64,000 nucleotides of DNA. Source: a bacterium. GTDB lineage: Bacteria > UBA8248. The notes below the pieces were generated by a model, which worked only from the letters and a program-made list of their open reading frames with translations, was not told where the DNA came from and made no database searches. Both the position numbers and the translations under genes were made by a program. The stretch lies in NCBI GenBank assembly GCA_965242545.1, contig OZ251456.1:1158756-1222755 (forward strand), in the 5' to 3' direction. Each line of letters opens with the position of its first letter. Within the stretch, counting starts at the first letter, position 1. Positions 56,501-64,000 of the stretch are shown here, piece by piece.

Positions 56501-56922
56501 CCGTAGAGGGCGCGGAAGTTGTTCGGCAGCATGTTCGTGAACATGACGAACAGCGTGTGCAGAAGCGGAAACGCGATGGGCATCGCGTAGGCGCGTATGT
56601 CGGCGAATATGAGCAGCTGGATGCCGAGGATGAGCGCGATGAAGAACGCCAGAACGGTCTTGAACATGGCGGGAATGGACAGTTTCTCGGTCAGGGAGGA
56701 ATAAAAGGCGCTGATGAGGATGATCACGAGAGCGTTGAATATGTACATGTAGGGGAGAAAGCCCGGCCCGACTTCGGAGAGAAAGAGCGCTTCGGACACG
56801 GTGAGGCCGATGGAGAACTGCACCCCGATCAGGAAATAAAACAGGAAGAACGCGGAGAAAACGAGGATTTCCTCCTGCTGGACGTTGAACGCTTTTTTGA
56901 GGAATTTCGCCATGTCGCTCAT
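53512..56922 (-). CDS. NTT/TLC-like MFS transporter fused to HEAT repeats and a C-terminal cyclic-nucleotide-binding domain
   Basis: About 12 TM N-terminal domain (SEALFLSEVGPGFLPYMY; QSKRM), HEAT-like helical repeats, and a cNMP domain (ILFEQGDPCDYLYVIVDG...FGEIALFGDEGRSAGA). Confidence 0.8.
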   Translation of the reverse strand: MSDMAKFLKKAFNVQQEEILVFSAFFLFYFLIGVQFSIGLTVSEALFLSEVGPGFLPYMYIFNALVIILISAFYSSLTEKLSIPAMFKTVLAFFIALILGIQLLIFADIRAYAMPIAFPLLHTLFVMFTNMLPNNFRALYGQYLDVLQSKRMVPIILTGGRYGGILGGLSIPLLIPVLGSVTNLLYVWIGAILISVGAVQYIEWRLRDRLIEDARPRKRKTAKTAPAREGGLALLKTNRYVCAFALFSFLVVILRSFQDFQYSLVFREVFSDPAQLASFLGYFTAIGSAFSLLVQTFITPRIIKRLGLGTANLIYPATTILGLLGMAISPGFHSAVFLRFNNKNLQESIRNAINALLYNAVSPAIRARVGAFVAGQVVAVASIVSGVVLLVIKPTGLAVFPLSPGWVALISLFIAFAYLAAGFIVRREYGAALRKMLEERNLGLYRYAREGFSPIDDESMAILRKNIRDGDDDLCVFTARMMADAGRSETFGIILEEIPKRKGDAAAELLKILARSPEAGESEKMRGLLADYLAAEDPAVQCAAMDAAEAIGLTDEMADLVHANLESRSPEARARAVQLLVRSDDLFWLANGAQTLHQMLNEEDEASRVCALRCVGELRNPRFIRRLIPYLYESEEKVREAALEAIAALAANQEVDEEKMEEALRAATSDKSAAIRRRGVQQLGERGARRNFERALTALSDVDALVRRQAVDSLKKMKRKGTLSLEGSGVIAFLAPLLLKSAGNNAREMSAEEIVEALSSFAVKHVKEAYGIINHLHVIERQENAAAFPMLRKALGDAVEERQLVLLELLGVIGDEKTADTVAESIARGGSSSRAIAIETLSDFSSVGSARLLILALEPLLLGRSTAEKIAEGRKLWEIPEESIEDALKKYMDSGNTWLQAIAVDAAGKHLERAGREDAGEWVARLKERASHADPFIREAAVGALAAIGKDEKGVEAFLRTAENDEDERVRVQARRTLGHREAPGENSPRQEKIMLSTIEKALFLKGVGMFETMSADQLKILSNISREIQISAGKILFEQGDPCDYLYVIVDGEIEITQSQANGEPKILATLGPPTSFGEIALFGDEGRSAGARASKDASLLGIEKEPLLLLIQERPAISIAIIGQLANIIRSQRG

Positions 56923-57008
56923 GCCTGGAGCGAGGGGGCGAGACGCGCGCGAGCCTCGCCTTCGGGAATTCCCTGAACGGGGGCGATGGGGAACGGCTTG
57001 ATTCTAAC

Positions 57009-58646
57009 TTAGAATTTTCGGGATTTCCAAGAGTAGAAGGAGAGAGCGTCCTCTGTCCACTGCGCGCAATTTTCGCTGAAGCGCCGCCAGCGGCTGTTCG
57101 CGCATTGGGCGCGGACGGGATCGGCGTTGCCCTCGGCGATCAGGCCGTTGAGGGGCGAGAGGTCGAATTCGGCCCGCACCGGCGCTCTGCCGCGCTCCTC
57201 GGGGCTGATGAGGGATAAAAAGCGCGCGAACGCATGAAAGGCGCCGCGAATCTTCTCGCACAGCCGTTCCGCCCCCCCCGCGTATGCGACCAGGGCGGGA
57301 ACCAGGGGAGCGTAGCGGTTCAGCTCCATGCCTCCTTCCGTGCGGTTCGTGATGCTGTCCACGCCGACGACCCCGATGGAGTCGTCCGAGAATTCAATCG
57401 GGAACAATCTGGCGTAGAGCGTTTCCACTATCGGGCCCTCCCGGCCGAGCCTGAGATGAACCCGCGCACTGAACAGGCCGAAATCGATCCAGTCGCATAC
57501 CAGCGGCAGGTAGCGGGCGCCGAACAATTGCTCGTAGTTCTCAATGGCGTTCGCCAGCAGGCGAATCGAGTCCTTCCGGGAGCGGGAGGCTTCGCGCAGT
57601 TGAGCGTCGAGTCTGGGCGCGCAGTCCCGGAGCGTTTGCCGCAAAGCGTCGGGGAAGGCGTCTCCCGACGCTTCGGGCACCGCCGTTCGGGTTTTGACGT
57701 AGGCTTTCGAGGTCGCCGGGCTGGCGCGGAAGCGGCGCATGAGCCAGCCCATCGCCCGAAGATGGTCGTCATTCTCCGCGTCGAGGGAGAGGGGCAGGGG
57801 CATCGCGCCGTCCGCGTCGATTCCGAGCCTGCTCAAATCGGGAAGCCCGAACCCGTTGGAATAGACGTCCAGCCGAAAGCATCCCCGCCCGCCGCCTCCT
57901 TCCTGGGGCTTGATGAAGAGCGTCCTCGCGCCCCACTTCCGCGCCAGGGCGGACGCGGCGTCCAGAATGGCGGCGGCTGCCGCCTCCGGTTCCCCGCCGT
58001 TCAATTCCACCGCCTCGTATCTGGCCGTCAGCCGGCGTCCGTCGCCGTTCTCTCCAGGGCCTTTCCCGACCGAGCCGTCTCCGTTCAGGAGTCGATAGGT
58101 GGTTTTTTTGTTGGACAGCGGGCCGCCGGGGGCGGTGAGCGGCCCCGGCACGACGACGACCCCCCGGGTCTCCAGAACTTCCGCTAGGCTAGCGTCGTAA
58201 AGGCTCCTTTGAGCGGCTTGGCTGATGACGAGCAGCTCTTTGGGCGCCTTGGCGGCGCGCGCCAGGAGCTCCTCTCGCCGGTTCAGCGCCCTGACGGGGA
58301 TGGAAAGCCCCAGGCGCTTCAGATGCGCGCTCATCACCCGCGCCGTTTCCGCAGTGAGAGGCAGGCGGCTCGGGGAGCCGTCCAGCAGAAGAATTTCTCC
58401 CGGACGCCGAGCGGAGACTTCTTCTTTCCGGATGCGCAAGTCGGCGAATCGGGGCTCCCGGGCGGCCCACTGGTTCAGACGCTCTATCAGCGTTTCGTTC
58501 AAGTCGCCGGCGGGCGAATCGAATTCCCCGCTCACGCGGCGGAGGTCCCAGACGCCGCCGCTCGCGTCGGGGGTGAGATTGTAGAGAGAGGGTTCCCGCG
58601 CAATGGGCGAATGGCGGGGGAGGCTTGATGTCCGGGGACGGGCCAC
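57009..58646 (-). CDS. Divergent ATP-grasp-fold protein
   Basis: LSNKKTTYRLL, LFIKPQEGGGGRG, AEFDL...LIAEGNADP match the ATP-grasp Lys1, Lys2/Gly-loop and D...ExN elements. Start uncertain (GTG 58646 chosen; track start 58709). Confidence 0.6.
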   Translation of the reverse strand: MARPRTSSLPRHSPIAREPSLYNLTPDASGGVWDLRRVSGEFDSPAGDLNETLIERLNQWAAREPRFADLRIRKEEVSARRPGEILLLDGSPSRLPLTAETARVMSAHLKRLGLSIPVRALNRREELLARAAKAPKELLVISQAAQRSLYDASLAEVLETRGVVVVPGPLTAPGGPLSNKKTTYRLLNGDGSVGKGPGENGDGRRLTARYEAVELNGGEPEAAAAAILDAASALARKWGARTLFIKPQEGGGGRGCFRLDVYSNGFGLPDLSRLGIDADGAMPLPLSLDAENDDHLRAMGWLMRRFRASPATSKAYVKTRTAVPEASGDAFPDALRQTLRDCAPRLDAQLREASRSRKDSIRLLANAIENYEQLFGARYLPLVCDWIDFGLFSARVHLRLGREGPIVETLYARLFPIEFSDDSIGVVGVDSITNRTEGGMELNRYAPLVPALVAYAGGAERLCEKIRGAFHAFARFLSLISPEERGRAPVRAEFDLSPLNGLIAEGNADPVRAQCANSRWRRFSENCAQWTEDALSFYSWKSRKF

Positions 58647-58663
58647 GGCTTCGCTTCTGATTC

Positions 58664-59833
58664 CTAAATCGTGGACTTGCGGCGGCGCATGAAGTGCTGG
58701 ACCACCCAATCCGCGATCGCCCCGCCCACGGCCTTGCCGCCGGCGAGAGAGGAGGGACTCGGCGCCATGCAGCTCAGGGCGCGTATCCCGGTCATGCGGC
58801 GCGCCTCCTCGCGCGAGCGCTCTTCGTTGGCGAGCCGTCCGGAGATGAGCATATTCTCCTCCTCGACCGCCAGATGGCTCCGTATCCAGTGGACGATGAG
58901 CGTCGATTCCAGCGTGTCGCAGGCGCAGATGACCAGACCCCTGCGCGAGAGCCAGTCCCTGAACCAGGGGTCGCTCGCCACGTGGAGGCTGGCGTCCGAA
59001 CAGGGAGAATCCGCCAGCTCCGCGATCACGATCTCTCCTTTCGCGCAGGCGTGGCGGAGCAGGTTGCGGGCGCAGCGCCTGACCTTGCTCTTGAAGACGG
59101 CGCAGGTGGAGGCGAGACCCGCGTCAACGAAATCCCACCCCAGCCTCGTGGAGTCAAAAAATCCCAGCTGCCTGCCATAGTTCACCTGCATCAGGTCTCT
59201 CATGCGCCCCGTTCCGGTCAGTTTCGCATAGGAAGCGCGGATGCCCGAGGAATGAAGGGAAGAGGCGAGAGCAGAGGCGCAGGTCGTCTTGCCTACATCC
59301 ATCTCGGAGCCGGCGATCAGAACGATGGGGGCGCGGGGAACGCCTTCTTCATCGACGGGGCATCGGGTGTCGGGGATGATCGGCAGACGCGGAAGCAGGG
59401 CGGGCTCCCCGCGCAGCGAAACACCGCCCTTCACTTCTATTTTCACGCACGGCGTTTGCGGGTTCCCGCACACCCCGGAGACGCCGCCGACGTTCAGCAG
59501 GTCCAGCGCGTCGCCGGGCCTGGCGGGCGCATCCGGCTCCCGGCCCGAAATGCTGCGGTTCGCATACCGTCCGCCGATGGGGACGGCCACGTTCATCTCT
59601 TCGCGCAGCTTCACTTCGCTCGTTTTCCACGCGCCTTGCGTTCCGGGGAGAGCCTCCAGCGTTTCCAGGCGGTCGATGGGCGCGCCTTCGGGAACTTCGA
59701 TGACTTCGCCCAACGCGATTCCGCCGGAGGGAACGGGCCGCGGGTCGGGCGTGAAGTCCGCCTGAAACGCATACGGGCTTTCCGGCGAGAGGAACAGGCC
59801 GCGGGCGGTGGAGGCGAAAAAATCTACTTTCAA
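58664..59833 (-). CDS. DUF1611-like P-loop protein
   Basis: IGGRYANRSISG, LDLLNVGGVSG, IAGSEMDVGKTT Walker-A-like, AKLTGTGRMRD, ELAD. TTG start overlaps the upstream stop (TTGA). Confidence 0.7.
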   Translation of the reverse strand: MKVDFFASTARGLFLSPESPYAFQADFTPDPRPVPSGGIALGEVIEVPEGAPIDRLETLEALPGTQGAWKTSEVKLREEMNVAVPIGGRYANRSISGREPDAPARPGDALDLLNVGGVSGVCGNPQTPCVKIEVKGGVSLRGEPALLPRLPIIPDTRCPVDEEGVPRAPIVLIAGSEMDVGKTTCASALASSLHSSGIRASYAKLTGTGRMRDLMQVNYGRQLGFFDSTRLGWDFVDAGLASTCAVFKSKVRRCARNLLRHACAKGEIVIAELADSPCSDASLHVASDPWFRDWLSRRGLVICACDTLESTLIVHWIRSHLAVEEENMLISGRLANEERSREEARRMTGIRALSCMAPSPSSLAGGKAVGGAIADWVVQHFMRRRKSTI

Positions 59834-61293
59834 CTTTTCACCATGCCCCGGGCGGGCGAAAGGGCGAGATGTCGAATGAACGCATCTATCATTTCGCGGG
59901 CGGAGGCGGATATCCGCGCCTCTCCTCCTTCGTGGATGGATGAGACGCCCTCCAGTTTGCAGAACGCCCCCCTCGGCTCCACTATCGCGCCTTTCGGCGG
60001 GGGAGAGCAAGTGACCAGGACCTCATCGGCCGCTTGGACCTCGCGCAGGCGGGAGCCTCGGCGGATGAATTCCGGGCGTCCGCCCTTGATGACGTAGATG
60101 CCGGGCGTCAGTGAACGGCCGACTCTCATCCGCGCCGCAATCGTGTTGCGAAGGATAAGCTGAAAGCCGGACAGTTTCGGCTTGTCGAGGTCGGCGAGCA
60201 AGGTCTGACGATCGTCCACGGCGGCGGCCGGCTGGAGAAATTCGGCCAGATGCCAATAGGTGGTAGGCGGGGCGCCGCTCTGAATTTCCTCGAGCTCGGT
60301 CATCAACTGCGTGGTTCCGAGCACGCGAGGGTTCAGCTCCAAGGCGTAGGGCTTCTCCCGGTGGACGATGAAATCGACGCCGTATATTCCCCGATAACCC
60401 GCGCCGGCGATCCATTCCCCGATCTTGAGGGTGGCCTCCTCGATCTTCCGCCGACCTTCCGGCGAGACGCGCCGATACGCCGCGTAGTCGCTTCCGGCGT
60501 AATCGAAGCGGTGCATGGAGCAGCCGGGAATGCCGGCGAGCATCACCGAAGGGCGGGACATTCGGGGTTTTCCGTCATAAATGACTCCCGCCGCGCCGAC
60601 GGCGGGGCCGTCCAGGAACGCGCTGGCGATGACCGGCGCGTCCGCCCCCAGTTTCCCGATGAGCTCCTCCCGTTTGCGCGAGAGCTCATCGAGAGAGGCG
60701 ACAAGGTGCGTCTGGTTTCCCGATGAGCCGATTTTCTCCGAAACGATCATCGCGGGCCCGAATTCCTCGAACTGCCTGGCGCCGAGTTCGCCCAGCGCCG
60801 TCACCTCGCCCGGGGGCGCGTCCAGGCCGGCTTCGACGGCCCGGCGCCGGAACGCGACCTTGTCGTCGAAGCGGGTTTTGAGCTCGACGGGATTCGCCAG
60901 GACGCGGAGTCCGTCCCCGGCTTCTTCCGCGAGTTTGGCGAGAAACTCCGTGGAACGATAGGGGATGACGTATCGGGGGCCGTCTCCTTGCGAGAGAAAT
61001 TCTCGAATTTGCGGTCCCATCGCGCCTTCGTATGCTTCCACCAGGGAGGCGTGCGTCCACACGATTCGCCTGTTCAGCCCGCGTTCCACGGCGAAGTAGC
61101 GGAGGCGACTGTCCCACTCGGGCCCGTCAATCCCGTAGTCGCAGGCGATGAGAAAATCGAGGGGAACGATGTTCTCCACGGTGATCGAATCCGCGGAGCG
61201 CAGTCCCTGGAAGCCGAACGTCGAGCCGTCCGGAACGGCGGAGCGCAGGGCGGCGTAAAGTTCGTCTTTCGCGGGCCGGGCCAAGAGGCGCAT
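59830..61293 (-). CDS. ATP-grasp ligase (amino acid/peptide ligase-like)
   Basis: FDDKVAFRR, IGSSGNQTHLV, FLDGP, GIYGVDF, ALELNPR. ATG 61293 after GAAGGA. Confidence 0.8.
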   Translation of the reverse strand: MRLLARPAKDELYAALRSAVPDGSTFGFQGLRSADSITVENIVPLDFLIACDYGIDGPEWDSRLRYFAVERGLNRRIVWTHASLVEAYEGAMGPQIREFLSQGDGPRYVIPYRSTEFLAKLAEEAGDGLRVLANPVELKTRFDDKVAFRRRAVEAGLDAPPGEVTALGELGARQFEEFGPAMIVSEKIGSSGNQTHLVASLDELSRKREELIGKLGADAPVIASAFLDGPAVGAAGVIYDGKPRMSRPSVMLAGIPGCSMHRFDYAGSDYAAYRRVSPEGRRKIEEATLKIGEWIAGAGYRGIYGVDFIVHREKPYALELNPRVLGTTQLMTELEEIQSGAPPTTYWHLAEFLQPAAAVDDRQTLLADLDKPKLSGFQLILRNTIAARMRVGRSLTPGIYVIKGGRPEFIRRGSRLREVQAADEVLVTCSPPPKGAIVEPRGAFCKLEGVSSIHEGGEARISASAREMIDAFIRHLALSPARGMVKS

Positions 61294-61525
61294 TCCTTCA
61301 TCGAGAAATCGGCTGGAAGGTCGAGGCGGCTTCCGAAACGATGAGCAGCCGATTCTAATTCGATGGCTTCGCCGCATCAAACGACGAGGCGACGTTTTGA
61401 GGCGGGAGGGTTCCGGGCGCGGGCTTCTGCGGCGCGGCGCGCCCTGTGATAGGATGCCGGACGCTTGGACTTCCCGGAACGAGGCGTTGAAGCGCGAGAG
61501 CGCGTGAACGTCGGGAGATGGAAGA

Positions 61526-62440
61526 GTGTCGGAATCGGCTTTTGACGCGGATGAATACCCGATCATGTCGGCGTCGGAATTGCGGTGGGAGAAATTTCGC
61601 CGAAGCATGACGCGATCCAAGCCGGCGATGCTCGGCGGCTTTTTTCTCATTCTGCTCGCGCTCGTCTCTCTTTCCGCGCCTCTCGTCGCGCCGCAGGACC
61701 CCAAGAAGGTGGACGTGAGGCTGCGCCTGAAGCCCCCCGCCTGGGCGGAGGGAGGGAGCGCGAGCCACGCGCTGGGAACCGACGCGCTGGGTCGGGACGT
61801 TCTGAGCCGGCTCATTTACGGCGGCCGCGTCTCCATTCTGGTGGGATTGAGTTCGGTGCTGATTTCGGGGGCGATCGGCATTGTTCTGGGGCTCGTTTCC
61901 GGTTTTTTCGGCGGAAAACTCGACGATCTCATCAGCGGGTTTTCCGAAATTCAGCTGGCGTTTCCCTTCATTCTTCTGGCCATCACCATCATGGCGGTCA
62001 TCGGCCCGGGGCTGTTCAACATCATCCTGGTGCTGGGCGTGAGCCGATGGGTAGCCTACGGCCGGGTGGTGAGAGGCCAGGTCATCTCGATTCGCGAGCG
62101 CGAGTTCGTCGAAGCCACCCGCGCCCTGGGCTATCCTCTGCATCGCATTCTGTTCAGGCAGGTGCTGCCCAACACACTGTCGCCGCTGATCGTCATCGCC
62201 ACGTTCGCCGTGGCGGGAAACATCATTTCCGAATCCTCGCTGAGTTTCCTGGGACTCGGCGTCCCGCCCTCCGTCGTCACCTGGGGCGGCATGTTGTCCG
62301 AGGGGCGCGAATATCTCCGCGGCGCGTGGTGGATGGCGACGTTCCCGGGGCTCGCCATCATGGCGACGGTTTTGAGCATCAACCTGATTGGCGACTGGCT
62401 GCGGGACTACATGGACCCCCGCCTCGGCGACGATCTCTAG
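61526..62440 (+). CDS. Peptide/nickel ABC transporter permease (DppC/OppC-like)
   Basis: LGTDALGRDVLSRLIYGGRVS, EFVEATRALG...ILFRQVLPN EAA loop, LSFLGLG, WGGML. Confidence 0.93.
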   Translation: MSESAFDADEYPIMSASELRWEKFRRSMTRSKPAMLGGFFLILLALVSLSAPLVAPQDPKKVDVRLRLKPPAWAEGGSASHALGTDALGRDVLSRLIYGGRVSILVGLSSVLISGAIGIVLGLVSGFFGGKLDDLISGFSEIQLAFPFILLAITIMAVIGPGLFNIILVLGVSRWVAYGRVVRGQVISIREREFVEATRALGYPLHRILFRQVLPNTLSPLIVIATFAVAGNIISESSLSFLGLGVPPSVVTWGGMLSEGREYLRGAWWMATFPGLAIMATVLSINLIGDWLRDYMDPRLGDDL

Positions 62441-62470
62441 GCGTTTTCGTTTTTTCGGGGAAATGCGCGC

Positions 62471-64000
62471 ATGAAGAAAATCCTGCTGTGCGGATGCTGC
62501 CTTTTGCTTCTGTCGCTCGCCGCCTGCGGCCGGGAGGCGAAAGACAGGCCGCTTACGGTTCTCCTCTCGGTGGAGGCCAACACGCTCGACCCTCATTTCG
62601 CGACCTCCACCATCGAGTGGAGCGTGCTGATGAACCTGTTCGACCCGCTCATCCAGCGGCGGGACGACATGACGCTCGGGCCCGCGCTGGCCGAACGCTG
62701 GGAGGTGGACGAGACGAAAAGGGTCTGGACGCTTCATCTTCGCAAGGGAGTGAGGTTCCACAACGGCGAGCCGTTCGACGCGGAATCCGTGCGATACACG
62801 TTCGAGCGGATGCGCGATGCGAAGCTGAAGCCCCGGATCACGGTCGTCCGGAGAATTTCCCTGGACAAGGTGGAAAAGGCGGACGCCCACACCGTGAGGA
62901 TTCACACGAAGCACCCGGTCGCCAACCTCCCGGTGTGGATGGTGAACGCCTTCATGCTGCCGCCGAAATACTATTCCTCCGCCTCCCCGAAGGAATTGCT
63001 CAGAAAGCCCGTGGGCACCGGTCCTTACAGGCTGGTGAAGTGGATCAAGGACGATCGGATAGAGATGGCGGCCAACCCCGACTGGTGGCGGGGCGGGCCG
63101 AAGATAGAGCGGGCGGTATGGCGGCCGGTGCCCGAGGCTTCGGCGCGGATAGCGGAGCTGGAAACGGGCGGCGCCGACATCATCATGAACATCTCGCCCG
63201 ATCAGGCGAAAACCATGGCGGCGAGCCGGGACGCCCTTCAGTTCAAGGGAGTGCAGGGGGGGCGCCGGGTCTATATCGGGATTCGCACCGACCACGGAGC
63301 GCTCGGAGATGGGCGCGTGCGCCGGGCGCTGAACTACGCGGTCGATTTCGGCGCCATCGCCAAAAGCGTTCTGCTGGGGCACGGCTCCCGGATGGGGAGC
63401 GTCGTGAACGCCCCGAACGGCGACCCGGACGTGAGGGCGTATCCCTACGATCCTGACAAGGCCAGAGCGCTTCTCGCCGATGCCGGCCTGAAGGATGCGG
63501 ACGGCGACGGCGTTCTGGAGACGGAGAGCGGAGAAGCCTTCGCGCTGAAGCTCGACGTGCCCGCTTCAAGGTATCTGAAGGGCAAGGAGATGGCCGAATC
63601 CGTGGCGGCGAACTTCCGCGCCGTGGGCGTCAGGGTGGAGGTCATTCCCCTGGAGTGGTCGGTTTTCCTCTCCAAAAGGAGAAAGAAAACGCTGGCGCCC
63701 CTGTATTTCCACGGGTTCAGCTCCGCGTTCAACGAAGAGCTCGATTTGGGAGCGCTGCGCCCCGACCTTTTCGCCAACCTCACCGCCTGGAGGAACGAGG
63801 CTTTCATCGAAAACTACGGAAAGCTGGGCCAGACGTTCGACCCTGAAGAGCGCAGGCGAATCAGCTACGCGATGCAGCGCATCGTCCGGGAGGACAGCCC
63901 CTGGGTGTTTCTCTGGAACCAATATGATTTCTTCGGCGTCAGCGCGCGAGCCGAATGGACGCCGAGGCCGGACGAGCGCATCTACCTGCCTGCGGTTCGA
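62471..64000 (+). CDS. Family-5 (peptide/nickel) ABC transporter substrate-binding lipoprotein, 3'-truncated
   Basis: MKKILLCGCCLLLLSLAAC lipobox; TLDPH, FHLRKGVRFHNGEPF, PVGTGPY, VRRALNYAVD. No stop within the window, so absent from the ORF track. Confidence 0.93.
   Translation, partial: MKKILLCGCCLLLLSLAACGREAKDRPLTVLLSVEANTLDPHFATSTIEWSVLMNLFDPLIQRRDDMTLGPALAERWEVDETKRVWTLHLRKGVRFHNGEPFDAESVRYTFERMRDAKLKPRITVVRRISLDKVEKADAHTVRIHTKHPVANLPVWMVNAFMLPPKYYSSASPKELLRKPVGTGPYRLVKWIKDDRIEMAANPDWWRGGPKIERAVWRPVPEASARIAELETGGADIIMNISPDQAKTMAASRDALQFKGVQGGRRVYIGIRTDHGALGDGRVRRALNYAVDFGAIAKSVLLGHGSRMGSVVNAPNGDPDVRAYPYDPDKARALLADAGLKDADGDGVLETESGEAFALKLDVPASRYLKGKEMAESVAANFRAVGVRVEVIPLEWSVFLSKRRKKTLAPLYFHGFSSAFNEELDLGALRPDLFANLTAWRNEAFIENYGKLGQTFDPEERRRISYAMQRIVREDSPWVFLWNQYDFFGVSARAEWTPRPDERIYLPAVR

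Noticed and set aside
57009-61526. RiPP (graspetide) precursor peptide near the ATP-grasp genes
   Set aside because: No short ORF with a leader or core-like repeat was found in the flanking gaps, so a RiPP interpretation is unsupported.
1-64000. CRISPR arrays, rRNA, IS elements, integrons
   Set aside because: No regularly spaced direct repeats, rRNA-like sequence, or transposase/integrase motifs seen by eye; a computational scan was not possible.

Overview
GC-rich bacterial chromosomal segment, densely coding (about 55 CDS), with no rRNA, tRNA, CRISPR array, transposase or prophage structural genes that I could see. Left to right: 5'-truncated TPR protein with exbB/exbD/tonB; MaoC dehydratase; a larE-larB-larC nickel-pincer (NPN) cofactor operon ending in a translationally coupled ThiS/MoaD-like sulfur carrier; hisC; HU; a DEAD-box helicase with a long basic N-terminal tail; LLM oxidoreductase; DinB protein; a deiodinase-like gene with an in-frame UGA and a SECIS-like hairpin (probable selenoprotein, split in two by the ORF track); a SprT-like metalloprotease ending in a clamp-binding-like motif; assorted catabolic enzymes; msrP; a secreted ankyrin protein; pgk-cbs-cgl; an orphan CI/LexA-like repressor; etfBA; mrp/apbC; a lipid-modification operon with a split Cfa methyltransferase around a GGR-like flavoprotein; ddl; a b6f-type Rieske/cytochrome b operon with two unannotated microproteins nearby; a membrane-anchored degenerate Mrr-like protein; a 4x[4Fe-4S] ferredoxin; rel; nfi; an octaheme cytochrome c; an NTT/MFS-HEAT-cNMP fusion; an operon of two ATP-grasp proteins flanking a DUF1611-like P-loop protein; and a 3'-truncated peptide ABC transporter. 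Gene content is compatible with a Nitrospinota/Tectomicrobia-like, possibly sponge-associated organism, but that is inference only. All family assignments come from motif recognition by eye; no database search was run. Several start codons were moved from the ORF track using RBS, overlap and promoter evidence.
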